35,609 nucleotides of DNA from Chrysochromulina tobinii (lineage: Eukaryota), in NCBI GenBank assembly GCA_001275005.1, contig JWZX01002910.1, forward strand, positions 1-35,609, read 5' to 3'. Positions 20,041-30,303 of this stretch are shown in pieces (the stretch's first letter is position 1; each line of letters begins with the position of its first letter). A program made the position numbers and the translations under genes. Below the pieces are notes generated by a model that was not told the DNA's origin, did not search any database, and saw nothing but the letters and a program-made list of their open reading frames with translations.

Positions 20041-20854
20041 CCGCTGGTTGGGGCCCACACCGCACACCCCGGCGGTGCATGCAAACGAAACCGGCTGCTG
20101 CTGCAGCTGTGAAACACAAACGCGCACACTCTCCGGACCCCCAAGCACGAGGGCCTCTATCGCAATGGACGGAGGTGTGACCGACGGGGCCGTCTACGAC
20201 AACACATCGTAACAGGGCCACATAAGCGGTGGTAGATATGGCGAGGCAACCACCTCACCACCAAAGTGGAAAGTGTTCCGAGAGGCTCTCGGGCAGTTGC
20301 GCGCGCGCCCTCCGGTTGGCCTGGCCAGTCCGGCTCCTCTCCTGGTGAGGGGGGGCGGTAAGCTGAGCCACTCTCCCCGACCATCAGTTGGCGGGGTACG
20401 GCTTCCGCAGTAGCCAGTGCTACCGCAGCCGCCAGTACAGGGGCTGCCGGGTGCCGATCGCCTGCACGGCGCGCAACGCCACAGTCAATGATTATAATTC
20501 GACACCCAAGACACCGGACCACTGGGTTCGGCGGGCGTTAGGCGGGCGAGGATGACAGTGGTGACGAGATTATGGTACGAGTCGAGTGCCTGCAACACTT
20601 CTACACACGACTCTCGACAGTGAAATAGTGCAGACATTGGAGTGACAAAGTGATTTTGTCGGCGGTCGTGTTTGTTCGTTTCGGTCCTCATGCGTGCAGG
20701 TACTTTACGCCTTTCGTGAGCATTAGGCACGAACCACCCTCGCCATTGGCTGGTCTGAGTTCAGAGATCGCCTCGTCGAAGGCTGATTCAGAGAGAGTGA
20801 CACCAGAGAGATTGAGAGCCCCCGACGGAGCCCGTGAGAGGCCGCATCACATGC

Positions 20855-23260
20855 TCACGCCACGGAGAACGAGCCCTTGAGCGCCCTCGGGTCACGGGAG
20901 GAGAGGCCGACAGTTACCCCGAACGTGCCCACCACCTCGGCCCAGCGGATGGTCTGAACGTCCCAGATCGATCGTGAGCGCTGGTCGAGCATGAAGGTGA
21001 CATTCTCAAGCTTGCTGGGTGCGAGGACGACGGTTTTGAAGCCTTTGAGTTGGAATGGTGGCTCGCCAGCTGCTTCGGGGAAGGTCAGATAGAGCTGCGG
21101 GGTGGCCGTGCCGACCCACGTGCCGGTGTTCTCCACGAGGACCGAGACTGAGAACAGAGGGTCGGCGGTCCCGCCCGATCGGGTCACTTGAAGGTTCGTC
21201 AACGCAAACGTCGAGTACGAGAGCCCATGGCCAAACGGGAAGGCAGGCGTCACACCATGCGCGTCGTACCACCGGTAACCGACGAGCAGTTTCTCGGAGT
21301 AGGTGGCCACACGCTGCATGCCACTGCCCGTGCCGGGCCAATCACTCTGAGTGAAGTTGACGTCATTCTCCAGCAAGGGGAGCGTGATTGGTAGCTTGGC
21401 CGAAGGGTTGACGTCGCCGAAGAGCACGTCCGCGAGCGCATTGCCATACTCCTGTCCAGGCATGAAGCCAAGCGTGATCGCTTGCACGCTGTGGCGCCAC
21501 GGCGTGAGGACCGCGCCCGGAGCCACGCCGGCAACGACTGTGCGTGCGACGCCGCTTGCTGCCACCTTGGCCACAAGCTCGTCGGCGTTCCCATCAAACG
21601 AGAGTGAGGCCCTGTCACCGCCCTCGGACGACGAGGTAGAGACGAAGACGATGGCGACGTCGGCCAGGGCTGCCGTCCGCGCCGCTCGTTCCGCGTCGGA
21701 GCCGTCGTCATAGTAGACGCACTTGGTGCCTGATGGATTGCATGCGGGCGGCACCGGCGTGGGCGGGCTCGACCGGCATCCACCCGAGATGACGTCGTCA
21801 TCAGCGATACGGCCGTGGTTGCTCGACTTCATCCAACACATCTTTTGGCTCTTCTGGAAGGAGAAGTAATTGCACATCGTCGGAGACGTGCGTGTTCCGC
21901 AGAGGGTGCAGCATTGATCCACCGAGTCGGCGCCTGCCGCGGTTTGATCGTCCGTGTTCCGGTAGTCGAAGCCGGCCTCGTACTGTTTCTCAGAGCAGTT
22001 GGCAGGCTGGGGCGGCGGAGACGGTGGAGGCACGAGGCCCATCTTCGCGAGGATCGCATCGTACGGGGCCGGCCGGTACGAAGCCGATACATAGCCCGAG
22101 CCTCCACCGGCCACGACCGGCTTCATGGCAGTCAGCCCGATGAGAGCCACCTTGAGCGGGGCAGTGGCCGCCACCAGCGGTAGCGTGCTCTGCTCGTTCT
22201 GGAGGAGGACGATAGACCGAGCGGCGAGGGTGCGGGCGAGCGCCTGGTGCGCCGCGCTCGTCACGTTGTTCTCCTGGGTGTTGGTGTTGTTCTTGTCGAA
22301 GGCGCCCACCGCGAAGAGAGGGGTCAAGATGCGCTTCGCCGCATCGTCCACGCGAGACAGAGGGACGCTGCCGTCGGCGACGGCCTTTGCGATGTTGCTG
22401 TCGCCCATAAAGTCGGAGCCAGGCATCTCCTGGTCGAGGCCCGCCACGATCGACATCGAGTGCGTCGCGCCCCAATCGCTCATCACCCAGCCCTTGAAGC
22501 CAAGACGATCCTTGAGGTCCCGCTGCAGTGTCTCGGGGTTCTCGCATGACCAACCTGTCCCTGGGACCGACTGGGCGTTGATCTTGTTGTAGCTGCACAT
22601 GAAGCTGCCGACTTTTGCCGCGATCGCGCCCTCGAACGGCGGGTAGTACATCTCGAACCGCGTACGCTCGTCCACCTCCATGTCGCCTTCGGTCCGGTCC
22701 GTCTCTTGGTTGTTCATCACCCAATGCTTTGCGTTCGCCACCACGCCCTCGCTCTGGATGCCCTCGATGGCTGGCTGGACCATCACGTAACCGAGATACG
22801 GGTCCTCGCCGCTGATGTACTCGAAGTTGCGGCCGTTGCGAGGGACGCGTGCCAAGCAGACGCCCGGCCCGAGTTGCACGTTCGCGCCCTTTCTATAGAA
22901 TTCGTCGCCCATCGCCGTGCCCCAACCCCGCGAAGCAGACACATCGAAGGTTGCGGCGATGGCGAGGCTGCACGGCCAGGCAGTGCTCGTGCCAGGATGC
23001 CCGTCGTCGCGGAAGCCCTGAGGGCCATCGTTCATCTTGATCATCGGGATGCCGAGCCGATTGTTGGCACACACATTACCCACGTAGCCACCGCAGCTCC
23101 CGTGGAACAACTGTGTCTTCTCAGCGAGAGTCATCTCCTTGACCAGCAATGCCGCTCGCTCTTCCGGCGAGTCGGCGGGATCCATCCAAGGGCGTTGATC
23201 CTCAACCATACGGACTTGCGCGGCCACCGAAGCGACCGTAAGTAACACGAGCGAAGTCAT
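20855..23260 (-). CDS. Secreted glycoside hydrolase family 3 beta-glucosidase with an inserted PAN/apple-like domain and FN3-like C-terminus
   Basis: Signal-peptide-like MTSLVLLTVASVAA, NDGPQG, NGRNFEYISGEDPYL, AKHW, SFMCSYN, GWVMSDWGA (nucleophile), EGGDR, FPFGHGLSY. Confidence 0.93.
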   Translation of the reverse strand: MTSLVLLTVASVAAQVRMVEDQRPWMDPADSPEERAALLVKEMTLAEKTQLFHGSCGGYVGNVCANNRLGIPMIKMNDGPQGFRDDGHPGTSTAWPCSLAIAATFDVSASRGWGTAMGDEFYRKGANVQLGPGVCLARVPRNGRNFEYISGEDPYLGYVMVQPAIEGIQSEGVVANAKHWVMNNQETDRTEGDMEVDERTRFEMYYPPFEGAIAAKVGSFMCSYNKINAQSVPGTGWSCENPETLQRDLKDRLGFKGWVMSDWGATHSMSIVAGLDQEMPGSDFMGDSNIAKAVADGSVPLSRVDDAAKRILTPLFAVGAFDKNNTNTQENNVTSAAHQALARTLAARSIVLLQNEQSTLPLVAATAPLKVALIGLTAMKPVVAGGGSGYVSASYRPAPYDAILAKMGLVPPPSPPPQPANCSEKQYEAGFDYRNTDDQTAAGADSVDQCCTLCGTRTSPTMCNYFSFQKSQKMCWMKSSNHGRIADDDVISGGCRSSPPTPVPPACNPSGTKCVYYDDGSDAERAARTAALADVAIVFVSTSSSEGGDRASLSFDGNADELVAKVAASGVARTVVAGVAPGAVLTPWRHSVQAITLGFMPGQEYGNALADVLFGDVNPSAKLPITLPLLENDVNFTQSDWPGTGSGMQRVATYSEKLLVGYRWYDAHGVTPAFPFGHGLSYSTFALTNLQVTRSGGTADPLFSVSVLVENTGTWVGTATPQLYLTFPEAAGEPPFQLKGFKTVVLAPSKLENVTFMLDQRSRSIWDVQTIRWAEVVGTFGVTVGLSSRDPRALKGSFSVA

Positions 23261-23531
23261 CCTGCCAGCGAGCAGGGCCGCGACGCGGCTGCGCTCCACG
23301 GAAGACGAGTACCCTCCACGGTACCGGGTATGGAAATGCTGACGAAGGTTCGTCAAATCAGCGTCACCACACACCACGAACTTCAACTGGATGCGAAGCC
23401 ACAGGTGCCCAATGGAGTCGTGTTTCGTCCATTCGACAATCTTCTCTACTGATGAAACACTGCTGTGTGGCGCCTCCACTCGCATCCACGCGCGGAAAAT
23501 CGTGACGCTTCATTGCCACCAGCCTGGACTC

Positions 23532-24416
23532 ATGCTCTCCCTTTTCACAGTGGCGGCCGCGATCCATGCCGCCAATGTTCACCCCTTTACACCACGGGCG
23601 CATCGTGCAGCCGTGTCCATGCAGATCCAGTCGCCCGTTTCGATCGAGGCGCAGCGTGACTCGCTCAAGATGCAGCTCGAACGGGACACCCTCAAGGCGC
23701 AGCTCTTCCGGGTTTGCGCTACGTGCAACCGTGGCTTCGGTGCCAGCGAGCGTGACCGTGCCAGCGTCTCGTCAATCCTCGAGCAACTTTGTCAGACGAG
23801 CCCGTGCAGCGAGCCGGTTGCGGGAGTGACCGGGAGTGAAGCCAGCAAGCGTTGGAAGGGCCGTGGCTTCGAGCTGGACTACAATGACCCCACAATCGCC
23901 AATGGTCCACTCGAGGGCGTGTGGAGGCTCATCTACACCAACGCCACCGACGTGCTCTCGCTGGACAGCAATCCATTCTTTGCCGGTGTGGGAGAGGTCT
24001 CACAGGAGATATCGCTTCCCAACCGCATTGTCAACGTGATCGACCTCTACCCACGAGTGAGCGCGCTGCTGCCGCCGGGCATGCTGCGCACGACGACACG
24101 GATCCGCGTGAGCACACGCGCACGCGCCTGGTCGGCCACGCGCATCGGCCTCACCTTTGAACAGGTGGGCGTCGAGGCCCTCGCCCTTTTGGGGTTCGAC
24201 TTAACGAAATTAGTCCCACAGCTCTCCATACCGCTTCTGCGTCTCCCCGGTTCCAATCGCGCCGGCGCCGACTCGGACGCATCCCCGGCGTACTTTGAGG
24301 TCGGGTACCTCGATCGCGAGCTGCTCGTCATCCAGCAGAACCAGCCTGGCGGCACGTTCGCACTGGTGCGTGAGACCGAGGAAGAGCTCCGCATGCGAGA
24401 CTTGACTGGCCGGTAA
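23532..24416 (+). CDS. Plastid lipid-associated protein (PAP/fibrillin family)
   Basis: Targeting-like N-terminus; LKAQL...NRGFGAS, LEGVWRLIYT, FEVGYLDRELLV. Confidence 0.85.
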   Translation: MLSLFTVAAAIHAANVHPFTPRAHRAAVSMQIQSPVSIEAQRDSLKMQLERDTLKAQLFRVCATCNRGFGASERDRASVSSILEQLCQTSPCSEPVAGVTGSEASKRWKGRGFELDYNDPTIANGPLEGVWRLIYTNATDVLSLDSNPFFAGVGEVSQEISLPNRIVNVIDLYPRVSALLPPGMLRTTTRIRVSTRARAWSATRIGLTFEQVGVEALALLGFDLTKLVPQLSIPLLRLPGSNRAGADSDASPAYFEVGYLDRELLVIQQNQPGGTFALVRETEEELRMRDLTGR

Positions 24417-25238
24417 TGCATCATGTAATGCATGCGTGTGCGCGCATGTGCTGGACGTGAGGTCATACCTGTCGCAGCTGCAGTGTAGCCTGTGCTCGAG
24501 AGTTTCAGTTGCAACCTTTTCCACTGACCTCCCCGCGATTCCGCTGTGGCTGTCGCATCTCGCATGTTCGGCCGTGTCGACTGTCGGACGTGTCGTGGCG
24601 AAGGCGTACCGGTACGTCGCGGATGAGGGATGTCGGATGCGTCATGTTGTACTCGAGTACTACCCGCCACTACCCGCAGAATTGCAAGGTCAAGGGTGCC
24701 TTGGGACGGCAGAGCCCGCCTCTAATCATACAACCTCATGCCGCGCGAAGCCGAAGGGGCATGACGCATGTCATGGACGCATGTCCGCATGACGTGATTG
24801 GGCCCGGCGCCGGCCATGTTCCCGGCCCCTTTCGCATTCGGGGCCGGCACACGGCTAGGTTAAGGCTAGGTTTTCTCTTTTCACGCGCCGCCCCGGGACG
24901 TCCCCAGCGCTCGTTTTGTCCCACATTTGACTTCAGGCTGAAGTTCAGCACGCAGCATGCATTCTACGCGGAACTCAACATCGGATCGCTCATCTCAGGG
25001 CCTCTGAGGCATCTACCGGCACACCGCGGACACAATCGTTCCCAATGATAAAAACGTACGACAATCCCGAGAAGCGTCCTCATACCAGCGCTTCATCCGT
25101 TATCCCATGATGCATGAGTTGCGGCACGAATCGTATACTATGTACTTCCTGAGGTAGTATGTGCCTGGTCCATTCGCCTGAGGTCTTGCAGGCCATGCTA
25201 CCCATGATGCTACCCTCAAGTTGCAAGCTGCAGTCCGA

Positions 25239-27926
25239 TCACTGCGCGTCCGATACGGTGCCGGCCAAGTTCGAGCTCGTCGCCGACTTCGCCGGGTTGT
25301 CGAAGGCCGTGTACTCCTCCCGGGTGGACGGTGCGAAGGGCTTCTCGTCGACCACAGGCGAGGGGAAGGCGGCCTTGGCGCGTTTGTTGAGATCAGAGAG
25401 TGCATCCCAATTGCCAAGCCGTCCCTCGAGTCGCGCCCACGCGTGATATAGCTGCGCGTAGCCCGGGTTGAGGCGAAGGCCCTCCTTGAAGGAACTGCGC
25501 GCCAGCTCAACCTCTCCCGCCACGTCCTGCATCGCCCCGAGGACCCTGTACAGGGGCGCATGCGTAGGGGCCACCTCGAGGCCGCGCTCGACCGCCGCGC
25601 GCGCCTCGCGCGGCTTGCCATTCTTGAGGCGAAGGAGCGAGAGCACATGGAAGGTTTCGCCTGCATGCGGGTCGAGGGTCTCAGCCTGCAGCAGCAGCTC
25701 CTGCGCGCGCGCGAGCTTGCCCTGGTGCATCTCATAGTAGGCCCAGGCTGTGAGCAGAGGCGCGTGCGACGGGCAACGCTCGGCGCCCTGGCGGAAGAGA
25801 CGGCGCGCGCGCTCCGGGTGGCCCGTCTCGGCCTCGAGCTTCGCACTCGCCTGCCAGAGAGCGCCGTGGTCGGGGCAGCGGCGCAGCCCCCGCTGATAGA
25901 GGTCACGCGCCACGTCCGCGTGCCCCAATCGGGCCTCCATCACACCCCACGCCTGCCACGCATGCGCATGTGATGGGTCCGCCTGAACGGCTCGCAAAAA
26001 GAACGAGCGCCCCTCATCGAAGGCGCCCATCTGGCCGTGCACGATCGCCACGCCGAGCAGCAGTAGCGACGAGCACGGCCGGCGTGAGAGGCCATTCTCG
26101 AAGGCCGCGAGCGCCTCGGGCAGTCGCCGTTGCTGCAGAAGGACCGAGCCGAGAGAGTGCCACAGGTACGAGGGGTCGTCGTTGCCCTTGCTTGCGCGCG
26201 CGCCTTTGCCGTAGAGCTCGGCCGCATGCTCCAGGTTCCCCTGGCGCTCCTCGAGCTTGCCCCAGCCATGCCAGAGGGTGGCCGACGGGAAGCGTGCCAC
26301 AGCCTCCCGCAGCACCTCGCGCGCCGACTCGGGGCCGCCGTGGGCCGCCTCGACCTTGGCGCGCGCCGAGTGCAGCGGGCCGTGCGTCGGGTCGGCGGCA
26401 GCGCCGAGGGCGAAGAGCTCTCTCGCGCGCTCAATGTTGCCGAGGGAGGCCTCGAGGAGGGCATATGCGACGAACGTTGGGGCATGCGGCAGGATCGCGA
26501 GCGATTGACTAAACGAGGCGCGAGCTCCATCGAGATCGCCTGCGCGCTGCTGCAGCGTGCCGAGGGTCTGGAGAAGCGACGGATCCCGCGGGTACCGCTT
26601 CCGCGCGCGCCGGAGCACCTCGAGCGCCGCGGGTACATCTCCCAGTTTCGCCTCGAAGACTGCCCACGCGTTGAAGAGTTCGGAGAAGCCTCCCGCGCCG
26701 TCATCACTCCTGTGCGCACCGGGCAGCTCGACGGCGTCTGCGAACGCGGCTCGCGCGGCGCTCGCCTCGCCGCTCGCGGCCTCGAGGGCAGCAAGCGGCA
26801 AGCGCACGCGCGCGCTCTGCGGCGCGTACTTGCGCGCGGTCTGCAGCAACCGTCGCGCGGCGCTCACGTTGCCTGCGGCGCGTTCAAGCTGCGACCAAGC
26901 GAGCAGAAGGTCGATCGAAGCGTCCCTGTCGGCCGAGAGGGCCGAACCGGCAGCGGCGCCAGTTCTGGCGCCGGTGCTCGCGCTGGCACTGGCGCTGGCG
27001 CCGTCGCCGCCGTCGGCGCCGTCGCCGTCGTCGTCGCCGTCGAGGCCATCACCCTCGAGCTGCTGTTGAGTGACGAGACCGTCATCACCGTACACAGCCC
27101 AGCCTTGCCGGTAGATGGCTCGCGCACGGCCCACGTGCCCTTCGTGCTGCTCGAGCGCCGCCCAGGCACAGCACACCTGGGCCTGCGGACGGCGCGCCAT
27201 CAGATCAGCGTAGATGCGCTGAGCGGCGGAGACGTTTCCGAGGGCTTCCTCCAGCTGGCCCCACGCGTGCGAGACGTATGCGTTCGCCGGGTCCATCTCA
27301 GATGCCTCCGCGAAGAGTTGCCGCGCCACCTGCGGGCAGCCCGCGCGCTGCTCGAAGATCGCATGCGCGTGCACGAGCCGCACGTTGTCGGGGCACGTGG
27401 CGCGTGCGGCCTCGAAGCACCTGCGCGCGTTCTCGGCATCACTCGTACGTGCCTCGAGCCGTGCGAGCGAGAGCCAGCAGTACGCGTCGCGCGCGTCGAG
27501 CTCGAGGCACTTTTCGAGTAGCGCGCGTCCTTCGTCGTAATCGCCCGCGCTGATTGACTTCTGCGCCTGACGGTACATGCTGACGACGCGCCAGTTCTTC
27601 GTGCGTCGGAGCTTCCGCGTCGAGATGCGCAGCCGAGCACTGGTGCTGGTGCCGGCTGGTGCGGCTGGTGCTGCTGGTGCTGCTGGTGCTGGTGCTAGTG
27701 CTGCTGGTGCTGGTGCTGGTGCTGAGCTCTGCTCCTGCTGGTGGGCCGTCATCGAGAGCACGGCGGCCGCGGCCGGTGGCGCCACAGACCTCCAGAGCGG
27801 CCTCGAGAGAGGCAGCAAGCGGATGGCAGCCGTGACCCTTAGAGCACTGAGCACGGCGAGCACTAACAGCCGGCTGGGCTTAAATAACCGGCTCGGGTGG
27901 GCGCTGTCCTCAGGGCGCTTCGCCAT
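25239..27926 (-). CDS. HAT/TPR-repeat protein resembling plastid RNA-stability factors HCF107/Mbb1
   Basis: About 20 repeats such as AWQAWGVMEARLG...ARDLYQRG, HAWGQLEEALGN, HAWARLEGRLG; hydrophobic signal-like stretch near the N-terminus; start codon uncertain. Confidence 0.82.
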   Translation of the reverse strand: MAKRPEDSAHPSRLFKPSRLLVLAVLSALRVTAAIRLLPLSRPLWRSVAPPAAAAVLSMTAHQQEQSSAPAPAPAALAPAPAAPAAPAAPAGTSTSARLRISTRKLRRTKNWRVVSMYRQAQKSISAGDYDEGRALLEKCLELDARDAYCWLSLARLEARTSDAENARRCFEAARATCPDNVRLVHAHAIFEQRAGCPQVARQLFAEASEMDPANAYVSHAWGQLEEALGNVSAAQRIYADLMARRPQAQVCCAWAALEQHEGHVGRARAIYRQGWAVYGDDGLVTQQQLEGDGLDGDDDGDGADGGDGASASASASTGARTGAAAGSALSADRDASIDLLLAWSQLERAAGNVSAARRLLQTARKYAPQSARVRLPLAALEAASGEASAARAAFADAVELPGAHRSDDGAGGFSELFNAWAVFEAKLGDVPAALEVLRRARKRYPRDPSLLQTLGTLQQRAGDLDGARASFSQSLAILPHAPTFVAYALLEASLGNIERARELFALGAAADPTHGPLHSARAKVEAAHGGPESAREVLREAVARFPSATLWHGWGKLEERQGNLEHAAELYGKGARASKGNDDPSYLWHSLGSVLLQQRRLPEALAAFENGLSRRPCSSLLLLGVAIVHGQMGAFDEGRSFFLRAVQADPSHAHAWQAWGVMEARLGHADVARDLYQRGLRRCPDHGALWQASAKLEAETGHPERARRLFRQGAERCPSHAPLLTAWAYYEMHQGKLARAQELLLQAETLDPHAGETFHVLSLLRLKNGKPREARAAVERGLEVAPTHAPLYRVLGAMQDVAGEVELARSSFKEGLRLNPGYAQLYHAWARLEGRLGNWDALSDLNKRAKAAFPSPVVDEKPFAPSTREEYTAFDNPAKSATSSNLAGTVSDAQ

Positions 27927-28163
27927 CTGTGGGGGTCCGAGAAGAGCGAGCTTCTGGCGCTGGGGAGAGGAGCGAGAAGTGTAGCGAGAACGCCGGAGCG
28001 CGTCATCAAGTTTCCAGAGAACGACCTCCGAAAAAGGAGATTTGTCTCCAAAATCTCCACGATGGCTCGAGAGGGATGGCCACGCGAGGTTCTTCACGGC
28101 AGTGATCGCGACCCGTCGCGGGGATTGATGAGAACAACGGGGCGAAAGGAGTTTTCGCTCTTC

Positions 28164-28182
28164 ACTTGACTTGACTTGACTT
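28164..28182. repeat. (ACTTG)n microsatellite in a divergent intergenic region
   Basis: acttgacttgacttgactt. Confidence 0.8.
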
Positions 28183-28228
28183 CCCAAAAGTGCGAATGAA
28201 GCCGAGCGCTGGGCGTCGGCCGTGAAAA

Positions 28229-29849
28229 ATGATTGTGTTGACCATCGGGCTGCTGTCGCTGACGGTCACACCGCAGGCCGCAAGTGATGAGGTAACCTTC
28301 TTGCCTGGCTGGACGGGCGCGCTCCCGAGCAAGCACTACAGTGGCTACCTGCCGGTCGGCAACGCCTCCGGTTCGCCGGGCATGCTCCATTACTGGTTGC
28401 AGGAGTCCGAGGGCGACCCAGCCACCGATCCGGTGATCATGTGGATCAACGGCGGCCCGGGTGCGAGCGGCATGATCGGCATGCTCACCGAGCTCGGCCA
28501 GCTCCAGACGATGCCCTCCCCGGGCGATCCGGCGGCCCAACCCGCCTCGCCATCCTCGCCATCCGCCACGCCGACGCTGTACTACAACAAGTTCGGGTGG
28601 ACCAAGGTGGGCTCGCTCTTTACCATCGAGCAGCCCAAGGGCGTAGGCTTCTCATACTGCACCGGCAAAGGCAAGTGCGTCAACACCGACGAGTCCACCG
28701 CGCAGGACACCTACGAGGCCCTCGTCGCCTTCTTCGAGCGCTTCCCGGCGCTCAAGTCCCGTCCCTTTTACGTCACGGGCGAGTCGTACGCGGGCACGTA
28801 CCTTCCGATGCTGATGGACCAGATCGACCTGCGCGGCGGCCTCCCGAACTTTGTGGGCGCGGCCATCGGCAACGGCTGCTGGGGCTCCGAGTGCTTCTAC
28901 GGCGTGACCGAGTCGCAGATCGACTATCACACCTTCGCTGGTCAGATGTTCATCTCGCCCGCCCTCACCGAGCAGATTGGCGATGCATGCGAAGGCCGTT
29001 GGGAGCAGGTGACCTCGACGGAGGGCGCATGCGGCGGCGCTGGCGTGGACAAGTGCCCCCGCGCGCTCCAGCAGATGTGCACCGAGGTTCGCGGCACCAA
29101 CGTTGGCCCTTGATTTCTCACTTGAGTGCATCTCGGATGGCCTCTGATCGCCATCACCACCGGATGGGTACCGAGTGCAGGTGGGCGACCAGAGCTTCAA
29201 CGTGTACAACATGTACGACACGTGCTGGCCGAACAACGAGCGCGCGGCCTCGCTCACTCTGCCGCAGGTACGCGCGAAGCTGCGCGAGCGGACGGTGACT
29301 CTAACCGAGCCTTCGGACTCGTGGCATACGCACCCGGCCCTGCACGTCGGCCAGCCGCAGCGCGTGAGCGCGCCGCCGCTCGGCCAGCTCAACGACTACG
29401 CGTGCGGCGGTGAGAGCGCCATGGACAAGTGGCAAAGCGACCCTTCGGTGCAGGCGGCGCTCCACGTCAAGACAGGCGGTGGAGGCATGCAGTACCATTC
29501 GACGGCTGGTGACTTGCGCTCCGTGTACGAGAAGCTCGTGCACAAGTACCGCATCCTGATCTACAGTGGCAACGTGGATGCGTGCGTGCCGACCTGGGGC
29601 AGTGAGGCCTGGACGCGCGAGCTCGGGCAAAAGCTCGGTGCCACGCCGACTGCCTGGCGACCGTGGACGTCCGATTCGGCGAGCCCAGGTTCGTCAAAGC
29701 ATGTGCTCGCCGGCTACGTGACCTCATGGCCTGCGCTGACGAATTTCACGTTCGCGACGGTCAAGGGCGCCGGGCACGAAGTGCCGCGCTACAAGCCCGC
29801 GTTCGCGCTCACGATGCTCCAAAAGTGGGTGGCGGGTGAGCCCTTTTGA
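28229..29849 (+). CDS. Serine carboxypeptidase, family S10, join(28229..29086,29181..29849)
   Basis: Signal peptide, HYSGYL, WINGGPGAS, EQPKGVGFSY, GESYAG (Ser), YSGNVDACVP (Asp), TVKGAGHEVP (His). Confidence 0.93.
29087..29180 (+). other. Spliceosomal intron (94 nt), phase 0
   Basis: GAG|gttcgc...gatggcctctgatcgcc...ccgagtgcag|GTG; removes the stop at 29111-29113. Confidence 0.85.
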
Positions 29850-30303
29850 ACCAGGGGTGGGGGCGGTGGGTAACGTGCCTGTCTCTGCATCAGTCTCTCG
29901 TGTGTGGCGGCGATTGAGAGCGCCGCATCGTGCCCGGATCGAACCGTCGCGAGTTGAGAGAACTCTATCATTGAGGCCAATTGTTTCTGAAACGCGCTCC
30001 AGGACCGCCCTCACGTCTCAGCAGTGTAGCCCCTCAACTCCCCCCCGGGAGGCAACTCTCACGCCCTCCAACATACACCACCTACCGAAGCTGCCACTCT
30101 CACGCGCCGGTCACGACACGTGCGCGGCCCGGCCGCCGCATCCCGTCCGCGCACGACGACGACCTTCGGTGAGAGGTCTCCCACTTCTCGCGGGCACACG
30201 CTTCACACGCTTCACACGCGCAAACAGTGCCGTGCAGAACCGCATGGCGGAGGGCGGCGTCGCCTCAGTGCGGCACCCATGGCATAAGACCAGCTCCAAG
30301 CTT

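Noticed and set aside
6943..20506. Shared 15-mer ttataattcgacacc at ~6943 and ~20492
   Set aside because: About one 15-nt match is expected by chance in a window this size, and distances to the nearest ATGs differ
29087..29198. Exon-echo duplication in the carboxypeptidase intron (and the MFS intron)
   Set aside because: Only about half the bases match; not distinguishable from chance
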